Shown piece by piece: positions 22,391-23,287 of a stretch of 23,287 nucleotides of DNA. The notes beneath the pieces are model-generated. The model was not told where the DNA came from. It did not search any database and saw only the letters and a program-made list of their open reading frames with translations. The DNA is taken from assembly GCA_947588975.1 (NCBI GenBank), contig CANQAF010000012.1, positions 1 through 23,287 on the forward strand. Direction: 5' to 3'. The position numbers were made by a program, and so were the translations under genes. The stretch's first letter is position 1. Each line of letters starts with the position of its first letter. Source of the DNA: an uncultured Bacilli bacterium. GTDB taxonomy: Bacteria > Bacillota_I > Bacilli_A > RF39 > UBA660.

Positions 22391-23287
22391 TTATGAATCA
22401 ATAGATATTAATGTAATTTTTGCTTTTCCTGATCCTGCATTAGCACCATTTTGTGTAGATGGAGTATAAGTAGTACCATTTACCACAATTGTTGGAACTC
22501 CACCGATGTAACCAGATCCTCCGGCACCTGATGGACCGTATGATGCACCATTACCACCAAACCAGCCACCTCCGCCGCCACCATTCCAACCTGTACTTGC
22601 CCCACCTTGGCCAAATGTTGCTTTGACTCCATTAGTACCAGCACCTGCTTGTGTACCACCATTTGGTATAGTACCATTTGAATCAGAACGGCGATTTGCT
22701 TGAGCTCCATTACCACCTGTTGTTCCACCACCTGTTCCACCTGCAGCTTGTCCTGCAGCATAATGTGTAGTTCCACCTCCACCGCCACCAGCAACAATTA
22801 ATACTTCATTACGGTAAGAATTATAATTAGATAATACACCGCGATCGGTTGTTGCAATATGAGTTGCTCCTCCACCTGCACCACTGCGATAATCATTACC
22901 TACTGTATAACTTCCAGCACCACCATTGTATGTTGAAGCAGAATCTGTTACACCACCACCTCCACAGACAATAAATAATTGTTCATTTGCTGATAATGTT
23001 TTGTATCCTTTTGAGTATCCACCATTACCACCTTGACCAACATATCCACCACTAGAACTGTTTACAGTAGAACCTTTGCCACCCCATACTTCTAATTGAT
23101 AAGTTCCATTACATGGTACTGTCCATGTGTCTACTTGTCCTTTATATGTAAAATCCCACGTATAATTAACTGCGTATGCACAAAATGCATTTTGATTGAT
23201 TGTAAAATCTTGAGAACTTACTTTCCCATATTTATCTTTTACCCATGCTGTATATTCTCCTGCTTCTGTTGCTTCATATGTTTTTGT
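22391..23287 (-). CDS. glycine-rich domain protein (PF12810-like, ALK/LTK-type glycine-rich fold), N-terminus outside the window
   Basis: Not in the ORF track because it is open at the edge. Hand translation in the frame ending at TAA 22393-22391: ...YTWDFTYKGQVDTWTVPCNGTYQLEVWGGKGS...LFIVCGGGGV...GAGGGATHIATTDRG...VLIVAGGGGGGTTHYAAGQAAGGTGGG...GWNGGGGGGWFGGNGASYGPSGAGGSGYIGG...AKITLISIDS*. The track ORF at 22480-22797 is an out-of-frame artefact of this gene. Confidence 0.75.
   Translation of the reverse strand, partial: TKTYEATEAGEYTAWVKDKYGKVSSQDFTINQNAFCAYAVNYTWDFTYKGQVDTWTVPCNGTYQLEVWGGKGSTVNSSSGGYVGQGGNGGYSKGYKTLSANEQLFIVCGGGGVTDSASTYNGGAGSYTVGNDYRSGAGGGATHIATTDRGVLSNYNSYRNEVLIVAGGGGGGTTHYAAGQAAGGTGGGTTGGNGAQANRRSDSNGTIPNGGTQAGAGTNGVKATFGQGGASTGWNGGGGGGWFGGNGASYGPSGAGGSGYIGGVPTIVVNGTTYTPSTQNGANAGSGKAKITLISIDS

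Noticed and set aside
22480-22797. 105-aa ORF (MLLVAVEVELH...) on the minus strand
   Set aside because: It is an alternative frame of the glycine-rich gene. GGN codon runs read out of frame give Val/Gln/Met-rich nonsense. The true frame ends at TAA 22393-22391 and is open to the window edge.

Overview
AT-rich, Firmicutes (Bacillota)-type chromosomal segment. Most genes are housekeeping and lie on the minus strand: an M16 peptidase pair, deoD, lexA, queH, murE, cysE, a Zn-ADH, DUF1848, sortase B with a wall-anchored substrate, an HD hydrolase, DUF3048, a rhomboid protease, TspO, lspA-rluD and a partial glycine-rich-domain protein. There are three solitary tRNA genes: Thr-GGU, Lys-UUU and Arg-CCU. 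The stand-out region is 6992-9279. Immediately after tRNA-Thr, four copies of a ~110-140 bp module bound three unrelated single-gene cassettes. Each module has a copy of the tRNA 3' end (ACCAGATTG), a terminator-like hairpin, an extended -10 promoter, an AATTGATA-N4/5-TRTCAATT palindrome and GAAAACA. The cassettes carry a 233-aa unknown protein with a DarT-like H-x-T / E-Y-L-I motif order, a 90-aa membrane protein and a GNAT acetyltransferase. The fourth module has no intact gene after it, and no recombinase is present in the window. I read this as a tRNA-anchored, integrase-less cassette array (serial insertion at the tRNA 3' end, or a portable expression module). It resembles neither a classical integron nor CRISPR. 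The second notable locus is lexA (4159-4776). It has two Cheo-type LexA boxes and an unannotated divergent 45-aa transmembrane ORF (3891-4028), whose promoter spacer is itself a LexA box. This makes the ORF a candidate SOS cell-division inhibitor analogous to YneA/SosA. All functional calls come from motif recognition by eye; no database search was possible.
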